A stretch of DNA of 64,000 nt from Anthoceros angustus (taxonomy: Eukaryota; Plantae; Anthocerotophyta), in the NCBI GenBank assembly GCA_010909165.1, contig MU008155.1:434001-498000 (forward strand), given 5' to 3'. The notes beneath the pieces were generated by a model that was not told the DNA's origin, searched no databases, and was given only the letters and a program-made list of their open reading frames with translations. The translations under genes were made by a program, and so were the position numbers. Below, one piece after another: positions 1 through 13,400 of this stretch (position 1 is its first letter; each line of letters opens with the position of its first letter).

Positions 1-1144
1 TCACGCCACCGATTTGTTTCATGAAATGAGCGTCATGTGCCTTATTCACTTGACGCTTTGGGTTGCCGGATCATGCCTAAGGACATTGATGCCTGCCTTG
101 CTTCTTTCCACAAATCCACGATATAATGTTTCAGCAAATACCCTGATTATTCCTACGCCTTTCCTTCCCACAACTCTACGGTGATAGGCCACGCTGGTGT
201 GTGCACGTTGAAGAGAAACACGAGACTCTTTGTAGCAAGCAGCCCCCCTACACTCAGGAATTTCGGGCTCCCATATACTGCGCAGTGCTCGAGGATGACG
301 TGAGTAGCCTGCAATGCCTCCTCTTTGGCAAAGAAGCTCACAGCCTTGTCCACGACAAGACATCATGATCTGGTTGTCAAGGAGAAAGCGGCAACCGACA
401 TTGCGACCGCGGCACCCCTCGTCGACTCCTCGCGGGCAATTGTCATTCGGCCCTGCCGATCGCTGCATGCCATCGCCAACATGCCCATGTAGTCCCGCTG
501 CCCGGTCCACACATCTATGCGGAACCGTCTGTGGGCGGTCCATACACAGTATGCACCAGAGTGTCGCATCCCCACTCCACCCAGCAGCCACCCATCGCCC
601 TTTGCAGGTCTGCGCGCATGCTCCTTTTCGCTGTAGGATGCATGGCGATTCAGCGAGCATCGTGTCCTGCCGTCGCATGGTACACGTGGGCGTCGCGATC
701 GAACCCACCACGTACACACAGTGACCATCGTCACCAAGCACGGCATGACTTGCATCCGCCTCACCCACCATTCTTTGCACTCTTACGAGCGGCCAACTCC
801 ATCGCCTTGCATCCCTTCTCCTTCCGTGTTGGACCCGCCCAACCCACCAATCCGCGTGTGCCGAGGCTCCTTGTTCTTCGCAGCCTCCGCAATTCAAATG
901 TGTCCATGTCTGAAATAGATACCCTCGGTGCATGTCGCAACCACCCGTCCACAATGCTGCATTGCCCACCTCTCATGGAGCATCCTCCACTTGGCATGGT
1001 TCCATCCGTGCACGCACCAAAACCACCCCACGAGTCCAAGCCCGCAGCCCTTGTCTCCTATCGCCCTCGAGACATGCGCCACCATGTCCCGGTCCATCCG
1101 CTATGCGAGCGTGCGAATGTCGTCCGGCAAGCGCTCGCGAACAC

Positions 1145-2455
1145 CGGCATGGACGGCGATGATGTCGGCGTCCTCTACCCGGTCGCGCGCTGCGAACGCC
1201 CCTGCCCCGCCATCGTCCGCTCGTGTCCCTCGTTCGTTCATAGCGGATCCGCGCTGCTGTGGCCCCATCCCCACAAAACAACCGCGCATCGAGCCACCGC
1301 CGCCTTCTTCGTTCCATGCTCAATGATGTTCCCCACCCCTCCTTTCCTTAGCCTTTGCCCGCGACCCCAACCCCAACCCCAATTCACGCCCGCTCTCACG
1401 GGTCTTGCATCGACCGACCGCGATTGAAGTTCTAATGTCCCTTCACCCATGTGGTTTCGCCGACTTCGCGCCCTCGGCGTCGTCGGAAGCGGTGGTCTTG
1501 CTCTGCCCGATGACCCGCCATGGCTCCACGATTTCCACAACTCGACCGTCGGGGAGAATGGAGTGTCCTCCAACGGCGGCATGGACGGCGATGATGTCGA
1601 CGTCCTCTACCCCGTCGCCACCGCGAACGCTGCCGCCGCCATCGCCGCCCACGCCCGTGTCCTCGCTCCGCCCAACGGATCCGCGCGCCTGCAGGTGGCC
1701 CCATCCCCACAAAACAACCGCATCGAGCCACCGCCGCCTTCTTCGTTCCATGCTCAATGATGTTCCCCCCCCTCCTTTCCTTAGCCTTTGCCCGCGACCC
1801 CAACCCCAACCCCAATTCACGCCCGCTCTCACGGGTCTTGCATCGACCGGACCGCGATTGAAGTTCTAATGTCCCTTCACCCAGTGGTTTCGCCGACTTC
1901 GCGCCCTCGGCGTCGTCGGAAGCGGTGGTCTTGCTCTGCCCGATGACCCGCCATGGCTCCACGATTTCCACAACTCGACCGTCGGGGAGAATGGAGTGTC
2001 CTCCAACGGCGGCATGGACGGATGATGTCGACGCCTTCCCTCGTTGCCACCGCGAACGCGCGCTCGCCGCCATCGCCGCCCACGCCCGTGTCCTCGCTCG
2101 CTCGCCCAACGGATCCGCCGCTACCGCCTGTGGCCCCATCCCGCAAAAACAACCGCATCGAGCCACCGCCGCCTTCTTCGCTCCATGCTCAATGACCTCC
2201 CCCTCCTTTCCTTAGCCTTTGCGCGACCCCAACCCCAACCCCAACCCCAGCTCACCCGCTCGTGTCTTGCACATGGACCCGACCGCGATTGTTCTAATGT
2301 CCCTTCACCCATGTGGTTTCGCCGACTCCGTCGCGCCCTCCGGCGTCGTCGGAAACGGTGGTCTTGCTCTGCCCGATGACCCGGCCATGGCTCCACGATT
2401 TCCACAACTCGGACTGTCGCAGGAGAATGGAGTGTCCCTCCAACGGCGGCGCGCA
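1145..2455. repeat. ~432-bp tandem repeat, ~3 copies
   Basis: The anchor cggcatggacgg recurs at ~1145, ~1577 and ~2010, with a partial copy near 2450. Units share ccccaaccccaacccca and ctccacgatttccacaactcg and differ by many small indels. Confidence 0.9.
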
Positions 2456-3182
2456 TGGACTCTTCCCCTTCCGCTTGAAATTGAATAAGGCGGGCATCGC
2501 GATTTTTCGGAGGCACCCGCAGAGGCGCGATGTCATTGCTCCTCCTGCCACACTTTAAGATTCCTGCACGCGCCGCCACGTTGTCCTTCTCGACCGCAGC
2601 GGGTGCATTAATTCGCCCCTCCTTTTGTGTGCACAAGCTACCTCCTTCGCCCCACATACTCACAAGCGAACACACCAATGAACACGCAACTTGCACTCAT
2701 CAATAATTACCAATGGGATGGCATTTCGAAACATGTAGTCCACAATCCCAATCGAACATCACACATCACACAACGACTTGGCCACCTCTCTACAACGGCT
2801 CGGCAATCTACGCTAGGCCATGCCATAAACCGTGTTGTGAGAAATGGCGGCCAAGACACCTCGCACATAGTGTCCTCGAGTCATACAATGGAAGGAGCAA
2901 TGTCCCGCACGTCATGGCTGTGGGGAGCGCCTCCGTCATCAATGGTACTTCAAACACCACAATTGGCGCCCCTCACCAAAGAACACGCGTCCGTAATGAA
3001 GGTGTATACCGCCTCGTCGCAAAGACAACCACGACCGTCGCGCGAACATGGTCTCAGCTCGGTGCATGCCTCAAAGGTCGCCCTGCTCGAAGTTATCTGC
3101 TGTACATCCTTGAGCACCGGAGAAAAAGAAACTGACCACCTCCAAAGATAACGTGTTCACAATGGGCATCACCGCCGAAAGG

Positions 3183-3388
3183 CCCAAGCTGCACCACAAG
3201 TCCGAACCCGTCCCCACAAGCCCCCAACATGCAAGCACTTTTAAACAAGACCTCCTCGGTTAGCCTCTCGGACCATGCTCACCTCCATGCCAAGCTGCAC
3301 CACAAGTCCGAACCCGTCCCCACAAGCCCCCAACATGCAAGCACTTTTAAACAAGACCTCCTGCTAGCCTCTCGGACCATGCTCACCT
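3183..3388. repeat. ~105-bp direct duplication
   Basis: ccaagctgcaccacaagtccgaacccgtccccacaagcccccaacatgcaagcacttttaaacaagacctcct...gaccatgctcacctccatg occurs twice in tandem. Confidence 0.9.
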
Positions 3389-3489
3389 CCATGTCGGTCC
3401 CGACGGCGCAAAATGTCGAAAAACTCCGGATCCCCAGTGATGAGGGCAACGGCCTCCTTGATGGCCGCATGCCGGGTCCGCACTTGCCC

Positions 3490-5445
3490 ATGAGGCCTTC
3501 TTCAAGATAGACAACACACCCATCACCTCCGGTAGCACGCTTTCATGTCCGCCTTGAAGGCCTTCCTCAAGAACGATGAGCCGGCGCATCTTGCCACACC
3601 TTGACGCCGTCCATCCGCCGCCAAGGGCGTGTGCAATTGTGGCCACCCATGGGGCATGACACTTGCACGCCGCCAGACACCATGTACACGAGGTAGCCAA
3701 AGAACCGAGCCTCGTGAGTCGAGGCTGCGTGTTAGAATGAAAGGCTGCAGGCTATGATGAACACTCCACACACACGCGACTCACCACACATCGCTCATCC
3801 GAGATGGACTTCCCTTTTGATGTGGTGCGTGTCCCCGAGCCCCGGGTTGTCCTCGCCTCAAACACGCAGTTCATGAACATGGGATTACGCGGTGCCGCCA
3901 TGCCGATGCGCCGCGAGTCGGCCTCACAACCGCCTCCGCCTGCAACTACCCCCATGCCGGGTTGCGATCGGACATGGAACTGGGAACACTTCCCATCACA
4001 ATGTTGCTTGAAGAGGTCGACAGGGCCCGCTGCCACCCCCACCACACCCGCAAAACATCGGAAAGTGGCCATGGCGCCAGAGCGCCGGGCACTTCAATTC
4101 TTGAATGGCAATAGGCGCAGGAGGTCCTACCTTCAGACAATCCGCCTCTTAGCGGCGCCGCCTCTGCGGATGGGCTCCAGAGTGGTATTTGTGAGGGCGA
4201 ACCGGGCGATAGCGGAGTTGGCGGCATCGGGCCTCTTGCGCCACTTCCGTAAACCGCCGACGCCTCCCTCACAAATCGTTACACGCCGCCGTATGACGCT
4301 CTCTTCCATTCCTGGATCGCCGTGCGCAGCAACCTCCTCATCAACAGAGTGGCGGAGGTTGGTTGTGGCCCATGTCTCCGAAGTCCGGGCTCTATGGCCC
4401 CGAGATCGAGGGCCGGGTCTACGCCTTCCAGCTTCAAGAGCCGCGCGGGCGGCGCGATCGATGAAGCCTTCTTCAAGATAGACAACACACCCATCACCTC
4501 CGGTAGCACGCTTTCATGTCCGCCTTGAAGGCCTTCCTCAAGAACGATGAGCCCCGGCGCATCTTGCCACACCTTCACGCCGTCCATCCGGCCGCCAAGG
4601 GCGTGTGCAATTGTGGCCACGTCATGGGGCATGACACTTGCACGGCCGACCATGTACACGAGGTAGCCAAAGAACCGAGCCTCGTGAGTCGAGGCTGCGT
4701 GTTAGAATGAAAGGCTGCAGTTATGATGAACACTCCACACACACGCGACTCACCACACATCGCTCATCCGCGAGATGGACTTCCCTTTTGATGTGGTGCG
4801 TGTCCCCGAGCCCCGGGTTGTCCTCGCCTCAAACACGCAGTTCATGAACATGGGATTACGCTGCCGCCATGCTCGCCGATGCGCGGGCGAGTCGGCCCCT
4901 CGCCAACCGCCTCCGCCTGCAACTACCCCCATGCCGGGTTGCGATCGGACATGGAACCGTGGAGATTCCCCATCACAATGTTGCTTGAAGAGGTCGACAG
5001 GTTCGGCTGGCCGCCACCTCACCACACCAAACATCGTGAAAGTGGCCATGGCGCCAGAGGCGTACACTTCAACCGAATGGCAATAGGCGCAGGAGGTCCT
5101 ACCTTCAAGACAATCCGCCTCTTACAGGCGATCTGCTGTGGATGGGCTCCAGAGTGGTATTTGTGAGGGCGAACCGCGATAGCGGAGTTGGCGGCATCGT
5201 GGGCCTCTTGCGCCACTTCCGTAAACCGCTCGACGTCTCCCTCACAAATCGTTACGCTCGCGCCGCGGGCGCTCTTCCATTCTCGGTGATCGCGGCAGCG
5301 CAGAACCCTCCTCATCAGCAGTGGCGGAGGTTGGTTGTGGCCCATGTCTCCGAAGTCCTCGTGCTCTATGGCCCCGAGATCGAGGGCCGGTCCACGCCTT
5401 CCAGCTTCAAGAGCTCGGCGGTGCGATCGGCCGATGAAGCCTTCT
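3490..5445. repeat. ~1-kb tandem duplication
   Basis: gccttcttcaagatagacaacacacccatcacctccggtagcacg occurs at ~3495 and ~4466, and the translated block MDFPFDVVRVPEPRVVLASNTQFMNMGLR appears at both 3804 and 4775. Confidence 0.9.
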
Positions 5446-8099
5446 CGCCCCGACATCGTAAAGCTCCAACCCCGGACGCCACCACCGCCGCAGAACCCTC
5501 CCGTGTCTATCCGATGTCCCCGCCGCTTCTCCATAATCGAGTGCACCGGTCAACACCGCAGCGGTCCGGATTCCCCATCCTCGCACTCTCGCGCGCGCAG
5601 ATGTCGAAAACATCTTGGCCTCACGCTCGCGCATTCCGCATGGGAGATGGTGGCGGCTTTCTTCGCAGCCTCCGGGAGGACGGAAGCAGATCGCCATGCC
5701 GCAACCACCGCCGTATGTTTCAAGAATCGACGCCGATGGCGGATGGTCGCAGCGCTGCTCCACCGCCGCCGGATGCTCCAGGGCGATCGTCCATCAAGAC
5801 CGAGGGCGCCATGTCCTTTCATCTGCGGAATCGCCAATGACTACGAAGGCCCCACTGCTGCGTAATCGTGTGCTCGAGGCGCGCGACGCCCGAAGCCACT
5901 TGGTCAAGTCGGATCTCGGTCCGGCCGGAGATCGAGTCTGTCCGTCCACCACTTGTGTGCACGTCATCTCTCCGAAATCCGCTTCCCGCGACGCTCCTTC
6001 CTCCTCTTCCAAGACCGCTTTTAGTTGCCATGAACGGGCGCTATCGGGATCCCGGACATACAAAAGCGCACTTGCAAAACGTTAGCGCCTGTGATGCGCG
6101 GCGAAGCAGAGGCGGGTCATCTGTGAGGATCGCACCGGCGAATCGCTGGTTGCACCTTCCGTTGCGCTCGAAGCAACCAGGCCCAAATTGCGGGAAGGCG
6201 GAAGAGGCGCCACCCGTCCACGAGCGGGCACAGCCCCGTCAAACTGAACCGTCATACCTCGCTCCCACGGGCATGGCGGCGTGCGTGCAACTCCACCATG
6301 CGATGCTGCGGCAATCCTCGACAAAGCGCCTCCCCATCCGCCTCGGTCCTAAGTGGATGGCCTCGTAAATGCGATTCGCGAACCGTAATAGAGAGCTTCT
6401 TCATGTGCACCCGCCCGCGACCGCCAGACGCCCGCCTTCGCCGTCTCTGGGAACCATAATCGGGTGATTGCGCGTTGTGTGAGGGGATGTTTCCCATTGC
6501 CGCACGCACTGCTGCGTTCCGGCCGTGAGGGAACGTGCACCCCACCCTCACTCTCCCCGGAAGGTACCGCCCGGCCGCCGCGCCTGATCGTCGCCGATCC
6601 GCAATGCACACTGCCAAGGGTCCGCCGCACGCGTGGTGTCCGCACACACCGGAGGGCCTTGCGGATTGCCTCGCGACCGTGGAATTCTAGCAGCGCAGGA
6701 GGCTTGGAAACGCGATGAGGCCGACCTTGGCGTGGGGATTGGTGGAAGACATTTGCATCCTCGTCGGAGTTCACCCAATCTCCGAGAATGTCGCCACCGC
6801 CATCGTGCATTCACCGGCGACGGCGCTCGGCCTCTCCTCGCTCGCCATGTTTTCACTTGGATTGGTGCGAGTCCACCAAAAAAGATGTGTTTTGGTCACG
6901 GCCTCCGCGATTTCCTAAGGGTGGGAGATGGCGAGGGGCGGCGTGTCCGCGATGGCGAACCACCCCGATGAAGGAAGATACGGAGCGCCCGCCTCCCGCC
7001 TTCACGCCTTCCGCATGACAAGAGCGCAGAGGTTCATTATTTCGTGGAGTCGTGCCCCAAACGCCTCAAACCCCGCTTAGGATTAATAAGAAATGCCCGC
7101 CTTTACCGACGAAACACGACATTCATTACATCGGAAGAGATGGGTACGCGCCGCCGCCTCTCAAAGATGCACCTCGTCGGATGGCCGCATTGTTTAAGGC
7201 GATGGTGGAGATGAGGACATGTTGCTTAAACGCCCTTCTAGAAGACGCGTTGTTTATGTTTGAAGTATTCAGTGCGAGGACCGGACAGAGGCGGACAAGA
7301 ATGCGGCCCGCGACGCTTGGGAAGACGGGTCGCATCTTCAGCAGACAGGGCCATGCTCTGCACCGTGGCGGCGTGAAGTGCGCACCGCTACAAAACATCG
7401 GCGCCGCTCAGGAAGGGGGATTCCGACATGACCAAGGACGGCCGTGTTCGCTCGTAGCAATTTGCGGTTTATGTCAAATCACTTCCTCCATACTACACCA
7501 ACCCAAGCATATATAGTGAATTTGTCCTGCATTTTAACCCGAATGGATGGCTAATAATGATGGATATTGAGTATGAGGTTTTTGTTCACACATGTCTAGT
7601 AGGAGTTTTGGGCCAAACTATAAGGCCCAAAAAGGATGGAACATAATGCATAATGTTCCAATTTTCAAAGGCCAAGGAAGATAGTGGTACATATACAGGA
7701 GGACTTGACAACCTTGGCCTTTGGGATATTTGAAAGGAGGAAACATCATGCATGGTGTGTCCATGCCAAAGGCCAAGGAAGGCAGAGGCATATACTACAA
7801 AGGACATGTCATCCTTGGCATTTGGGATTTGTCACGCAAACATCATGCATGTTGTTTCAACCACCAAAGGCCAAGGAAGTTAGTGCTACATATACTGAGG
7901 GTAGGCTTCTTCCCATATGTGTGTGTCAATAGTTGGATGGCATAGATGGATGTAAAAAGGTAAAACATCTTTAGGGTTTAGCGAAGGGACGTTGGCCTGT
8001 AAGAGCATGTGCACATATGCATCTAATCCTGCATATATAGACATAAATATTAGATATGTCTAGTTCCTTGGACTTTGGCCTATAGTAGGATTGACAGGA

Positions 8100-9290
8100 C
8101 ATGCTAGCGTCCTTGAAAGGTCGGTATATAATATATGGATATATATGTAGGAGAAAGTCGAAAACCGATCATGCTGCTGCACAAGATGTGCTCAGGTTTT
8201 TTCTTCCTCTATCCCTTGCAGAAAGCAAATTTTCCATGCATCATCGATAAAAGTTCCTTGGCATATGCCTAAGGATCTTGTCCAATGGACTTGCTTCTTA
8301 TTTTTGTTTCCCTTTTCTATGTATCGCGAAAGGGTTTTCCTTTATATGCATCAATGAAAAGGGTCCTTGCACTTTGGTACAAGTGATGATAATGTCTTCG
8401 CCTTGGAAAAGAGGTATATTATGTTTTTCTATATATGCGGGAAAAACACCGTACACCGCATGATATGTGAGAAGTTGTGCTCTAGTTTTGCCTTCTTCTA
8501 TCCTTCGTCGATGGAAGTTTCATGCATCATGAACAAAGTTCCTTGGGGCATGGGAATGAACTTTGTCCATGATGCAAAACCGATATTGTTTTTGCCTTTT
8601 CGAAGGGCTTGAGGAAAATGGTCCTTGGCCTTTGGTAGAAGTGAATGGTAATGTCTTCATCTTAGAACTAAGGTATATTATGTATGTCTATATATGCAAG
8701 AATAACACCGTTAACGTGCATGATAGGATAGAAGTTGTGTTGTGGGTTTTTGCCTTTTGTGCTTCGCATTTTTTCCATGCATCCCACAGAGTTCCTTGGC
8801 CTATGGCGAACTGCTTCGTGCATTGAAAAGTTCCTTTCCATATGTTACCTTTTGTATGCTTCGTGCATCTTTCCGACATGTGGGAAAAGGCTCCTTGGCC
8901 TTTGGCACATGTGACAATGAATGTATTCGTCGTTGAACCGAGGTATATCATGTATGTTCATATATGCGGGAATAACAACGTAAACCCGCATGACATGGGC
9001 GAAGTTTTGTTTTGGTTTTGTCCTTGTAATCTTCGCTGTGGCAATTCTTTGAATGCATCCAAAAGTTGTTGGCCCATGGGGATTGATTTTTCCCACGATG
9101 CGAAATTTTCCTTGTGTTTTTCCGTCGTATGCTTGGCCTATGTGTATGCTTGGCCAATGGAATTGTCTCTACATGCATCATCGAAAAGGGTCCTTGGCCT
9201 ATGGTACAAGTCATTGTTCATGACCGGTCTTTGAAATAGTTATATCATACATGGCTATATATGTAGGAATAACGTGGAAAACAACATGGT
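8100..9290. repeat. AT-rich degenerate array of ~260-300 bp units (~5 copies) rich in CCTTGGC
   Basis: A motif of the form ggtatat.atgtatgt..atatatgcggga.taacac.gt recurs at ~8122, 8412, 8671, 8941 and 9238. Each unit has (aa)gttccttggc and aaaagggtccttg variants. Confidence 0.75.
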
Positions 9291-10449
9291 GCTTGCGGGT
9301 TGGCATACGTTTTCCTCCGCATCGCGGCGTAAAACATTGGCCACATGGCGGATGACGCATGATGCATGCCAATACGCTTGTCGGCATGACCGCACTTGGG
9401 TCATCTCAAGGTTGTGGAGTCCGAGGCACAAACGCCAAGGAACGGCAGCGGCAAACTCGCCCCCGCGATCCACAACGGGGTGAACGTTGGGAAGCCCCGA
9501 ACTTGCCGTGATGGGCGAACGAATCGGCCATAACGAGGGAAAGAGCAGCAGAAGCGCCGGAAGAATGGCGAGGGGCGGAGGCAATGGAAGCGCGGACGAT
9601 CGCATAGAACGGGTGGCACCGCGCCACCCCGGTGTTGTAAGGCGATTGGTGGAGGTGATATTGCGTGCGATGGACACCTCCCGCTTTTCCGTACACGGGT
9701 GTAGGGTGAACCGCAGTGACGCAACACCGCAAGTGTGATGGATGGAGAGGAAGGAGCGAGGCTGTGGTGCGCGCCTCTCATGGCGGCGATGGCAATCGCT
9801 TTTCCGCATGCGCACCTCCTTGGAATGGAAGCGAGGAGTTTGCATCGCGAGTGGCTAGTGGAAACGCCAAGAGAGCGGAATGTCAAGGTAAAACATACAG
9901 AATTTTAACGATCACAACACACGGCAGAGCGAAGGACGGTTGTCGCCCAGGCCGGTGATGCCAAGGAGGTGAAGCGGGACAAAGGGAAGCAATCGGAGAC
10001 GGGTGGTGGCCCAAGCGGGATGGCCGGAGCGGAAGGCGGTCGTGGAGGCGGGGTGTCCATGGATGGCGGGCGACGCTGGCACTCGGTATGAGAGAGGCGA
10101 CGGATGAGGAAGGGTCTACGAGGAGCTACGCTTTTGCCGCCGCTGCTATGCATAAGCTATGGCGGTGCCATGCAATTGTGGCATTGGTAGTAATAGTGGC
10201 GTGGCACTGCTACCGTGTTTGCGTGGACCGAGACGGGTGACCCGGAAAAAGTATGTTTATGTAATTGATGAGAGAACCCGAATATTGAGTTTAAAGTGAA
10301 CATTTTGGCGCCCAAGACACGACCGCGAATGTCGTGGGAAGAGGAAAGGAGTTGGCGGTTACGCCTACAAACGAAATGTAGGCCAAAGGGGTTGACTGAA
10401 GGGGCCGGGGACGTCCGTGTCATGGTTGCCAAAGGAGTTCCGCGGTTGA

Positions 10450-13400
10450 ACAGGCGGTGGACAAATGGAGTCCATGACGCAGCAGTGGCGTACACGCCAC
10501 GAGAACTGCAACTCCCATTCCGTGAAGTGCATGCCGCTTTGAGGAGGCGAACATGGGCTCAGCTGCCCCTGCAAAGTGCGCAACGGGAGGCCGTGGCCAC
10601 CGTGAACACCTCAGCCACCGAAGTGCGCCATTTGCAATATTGGGAGCGCATAAGGCGGGAAGGGTGGAGGGAGGAAGGGTGGAGGCGGGAAGGCGCACTG
10701 GGAAGACGGATGGAGGACAAGGCATGGCGGTAGTGGCGGGAGCGGGAGGCGGAGGCGACGCGACGCGGGAGGGTGGAGGAGACACGCCGCCGTGGCGCCG
10801 CGGCGGGCGGGCGACGGGAGGAAGAGCGCCATGGCGGAGGGGTACCGCCGCCATGGCGGCGGGCGGCGGCGCGGGCGGCGGCAGAGGGAGGCGGAGGGAC
10901 ACTGCGCCCCTCCCCCTGGCGGCGGCGAGGCGCCATGGCGGGCGAAGGCGCCATGCCATGCGGCGGTGGCGCTGCAGCGGCGCGGCGGCCCGGCGAGAGG
11001 AGGCGGGAGGGACACCCGTCCCTCCCCAGCGGGCGGCGGCATGGAAGGGGGCGCAAGGGATGCCCTCCGCCTGGGGTGGAGGAGGCGGGAAGGGCGGCGC
11101 ACCGCAGGCGGGTGGAGGCGGGAGGGCACCTGCCTCCCCATGGCGGAGGCGGAGGCGAGGCGGGGAGGAGGCGAAGGAAGGCGGGGAGGAGGAGGGCACG
11201 GTGGCCTCCCGTGGCGGCGGGCGGGGGCGGCGAGGCGGGGGAGGGCACCTGCCGCACAGAGGCAGAAAGAGGGGAGGCGGAGGAGGGCACCTTGCCTCCC
11301 CATGGCGGGCGACGGGAGGAAGGGCGGGCAAGAAGGGGAGGAGGAGGGGGAGGGCACCTGCCTCCCCATGGCGGCCGCCGCCCAAGGCGGGCGCAGCAGG
11401 AGGAGGAGGAGGGCACTGCCTCCCCATGGCGGCGGCATCTCGGCGTCGGCGGAGGAGGCGGCGCACCAGCCGAGGAGGAGCGGGAGGGCACCTTCCCTCC
11501 CCGCCGACGGCATCAGGTGAACGGAGCAATGGAGGAGGAGGAGGGCACCTTCCCCGAGTGATCCCCATCGGCGGGAAGGGCGGCAGCAGTGCGGAAGGGG
11601 AGGGCACGGTGCCCTTCCCCGCCGACGCAGATCGCCACGGTGCAAAGGGAGGACCCTCCCCATGGCGACCGGAACGCCATGGGGGGGGCGGGAGCAGGGG
11701 AGGCACCTTCCTCTCCCATCACGACGGCCTCCATTCGCAGCCGAGGAGGGAGGTTGCCTCCCCGCAGAGGGGGAGGCGGAGGCGAGAGGAGGCGGGAGGG
11801 ACACCCGTCCCTCCCCAGCGGGCGGCGGCATGGAAGGGCGGTGCGGTGGAGGCGGTCCCTCCGCCCTTGGGGTGGAGGCGAAGGAAGGGCGGGCGGGCGG
11901 GTGGAGGGCACCTCCCCATGGCGGCAGCAGCGGGCGGCTGCCGACAGGCGGGAGGAGGAGGAGGCACGTGGCCTCCCGTGGGCATCGCCCGGAGGCGCCG
12001 CAGCGGGCGGCGGGCGGGGGCACCTGCGCGGCAGGCGGCGGGGGCGGCGAGGCGGGGGCACCTTGCCTCTCCCCATGCAGCAGCGTCGCCCGGCAGCAGT
12101 GGCGCGGCAGAGGAGGAGGAGGAGGGCACCTGCCTCCCCATGGCGGCAGCCAGCGAGGCGGCCAGAGGAGGAGGAGGGCACCTGCCTCCCCATGGCGGCA
12201 GCATCTCCGGCGGAGGAGGAGGAGGCGAGCACAAGGGGAGGAGGAGGAGGCACCTTCCCTCCCCATGGCCGCGCCCGGCGGCGGCGGCAGGCGGCGGCGG
12301 GCGGCGGGAGGAGGAGGAGGGCACCTTCCCTCCCCATGGCGGCAGCATCCCCATCGGCGGGAAGGCGCGCGCGGCGGCGGGCGGAAGGGGAGGCACGGTG
12401 CCCTTCCCCGCCAGCATCGCCACAGTGCGAGGAGGAGGCACCTCCCCATGGCGGCAGAACGCCAGCGAGGGGGCGCATCAGCGGGCGGGGCGAGGCACCT
12501 TCCCTCTCTCCCATCACAGCAGCCTCAGGAGGAGGTTGCCTCCCGGCGGTGGCGGTGCGGGCGAGGAGGAAGCCAACCCGCGGTGGAGGACGCCGACGAG
12601 GCCGAGGGGGTGGACAAATGGAGTCCATGACGAGGCGGTGGCGGCACGCGCCACGAGAACTGCAACTCCCATTCCGTGAAGTGCATGCAAGCCCGGTTTG
12701 AGGAGGCGAACATGGGGCGGCCCGGCAGAGGAGGAGCGGGAGGCCGTGGCCGTCACCTCGCGCCGGCAGTGCATTTGCAATATTGGGAGCGTACAAGGCG
12801 GGAAGGCGGGTGGAGGTGAAGGCTCAGCGCGTTGTGGGGAAGACGGATGGAGGACAAGGGCATGGCGGTAGTGGCGGGAGCGGGGAGGCGGAGGCGGCGG
12901 CGCGGGCGGGAGGTGGAGGAGACTGTCCCGTGGCGGCTGGCGATGCGCGGCGGCGAGGAGAGCGCCATGGCGGAGATGCCGCCGCCATGGCGGCGTGGCG
13001 CGGCGGCAGCGAGGAGGCGGGAGGGACACAGTCCTCCCCTTGGCGGCGGCATGGAAGGGGGCGCAAGGGTGGAGGGGCCCCTCCGCCCTTGGGGTGGAGG
13101 AGGCGAAGGAAGGCTGCGGAGGCGGTGGAGGGCACGGTGGCCTCCCGCCACACATCGGCAGCGGCGGGCGGCGGCAGCAGCGGGAGGAGGGGAGGGCACG
13201 GTGGCCTCCCGTGCAAGCATCGCCCGGAGGCGCCGCGAGGCGGCGGAGGAGGGCACTGCAGCGCGGCGGCGGAGGAGGCGGCGGGCGGGGGCACCTTGCC
13301 CTCCCCATGGCGGCGATCGCCGCCGAGACCGAGGCCGAGGGGGTGGAGGAGGAGGGCACCTGCCTCCCCATGGCGGAGGCGCCATGGCGGCGGCAGCAGC

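Noticed and set aside
10299-10315. ..aaCA-ttt-TGGCGCCCAA resembling an LTR end plus tRNA-Lys primer binding site
   Set aside because: Only a ~10-nt match; no second LTR, gag or pol seen.
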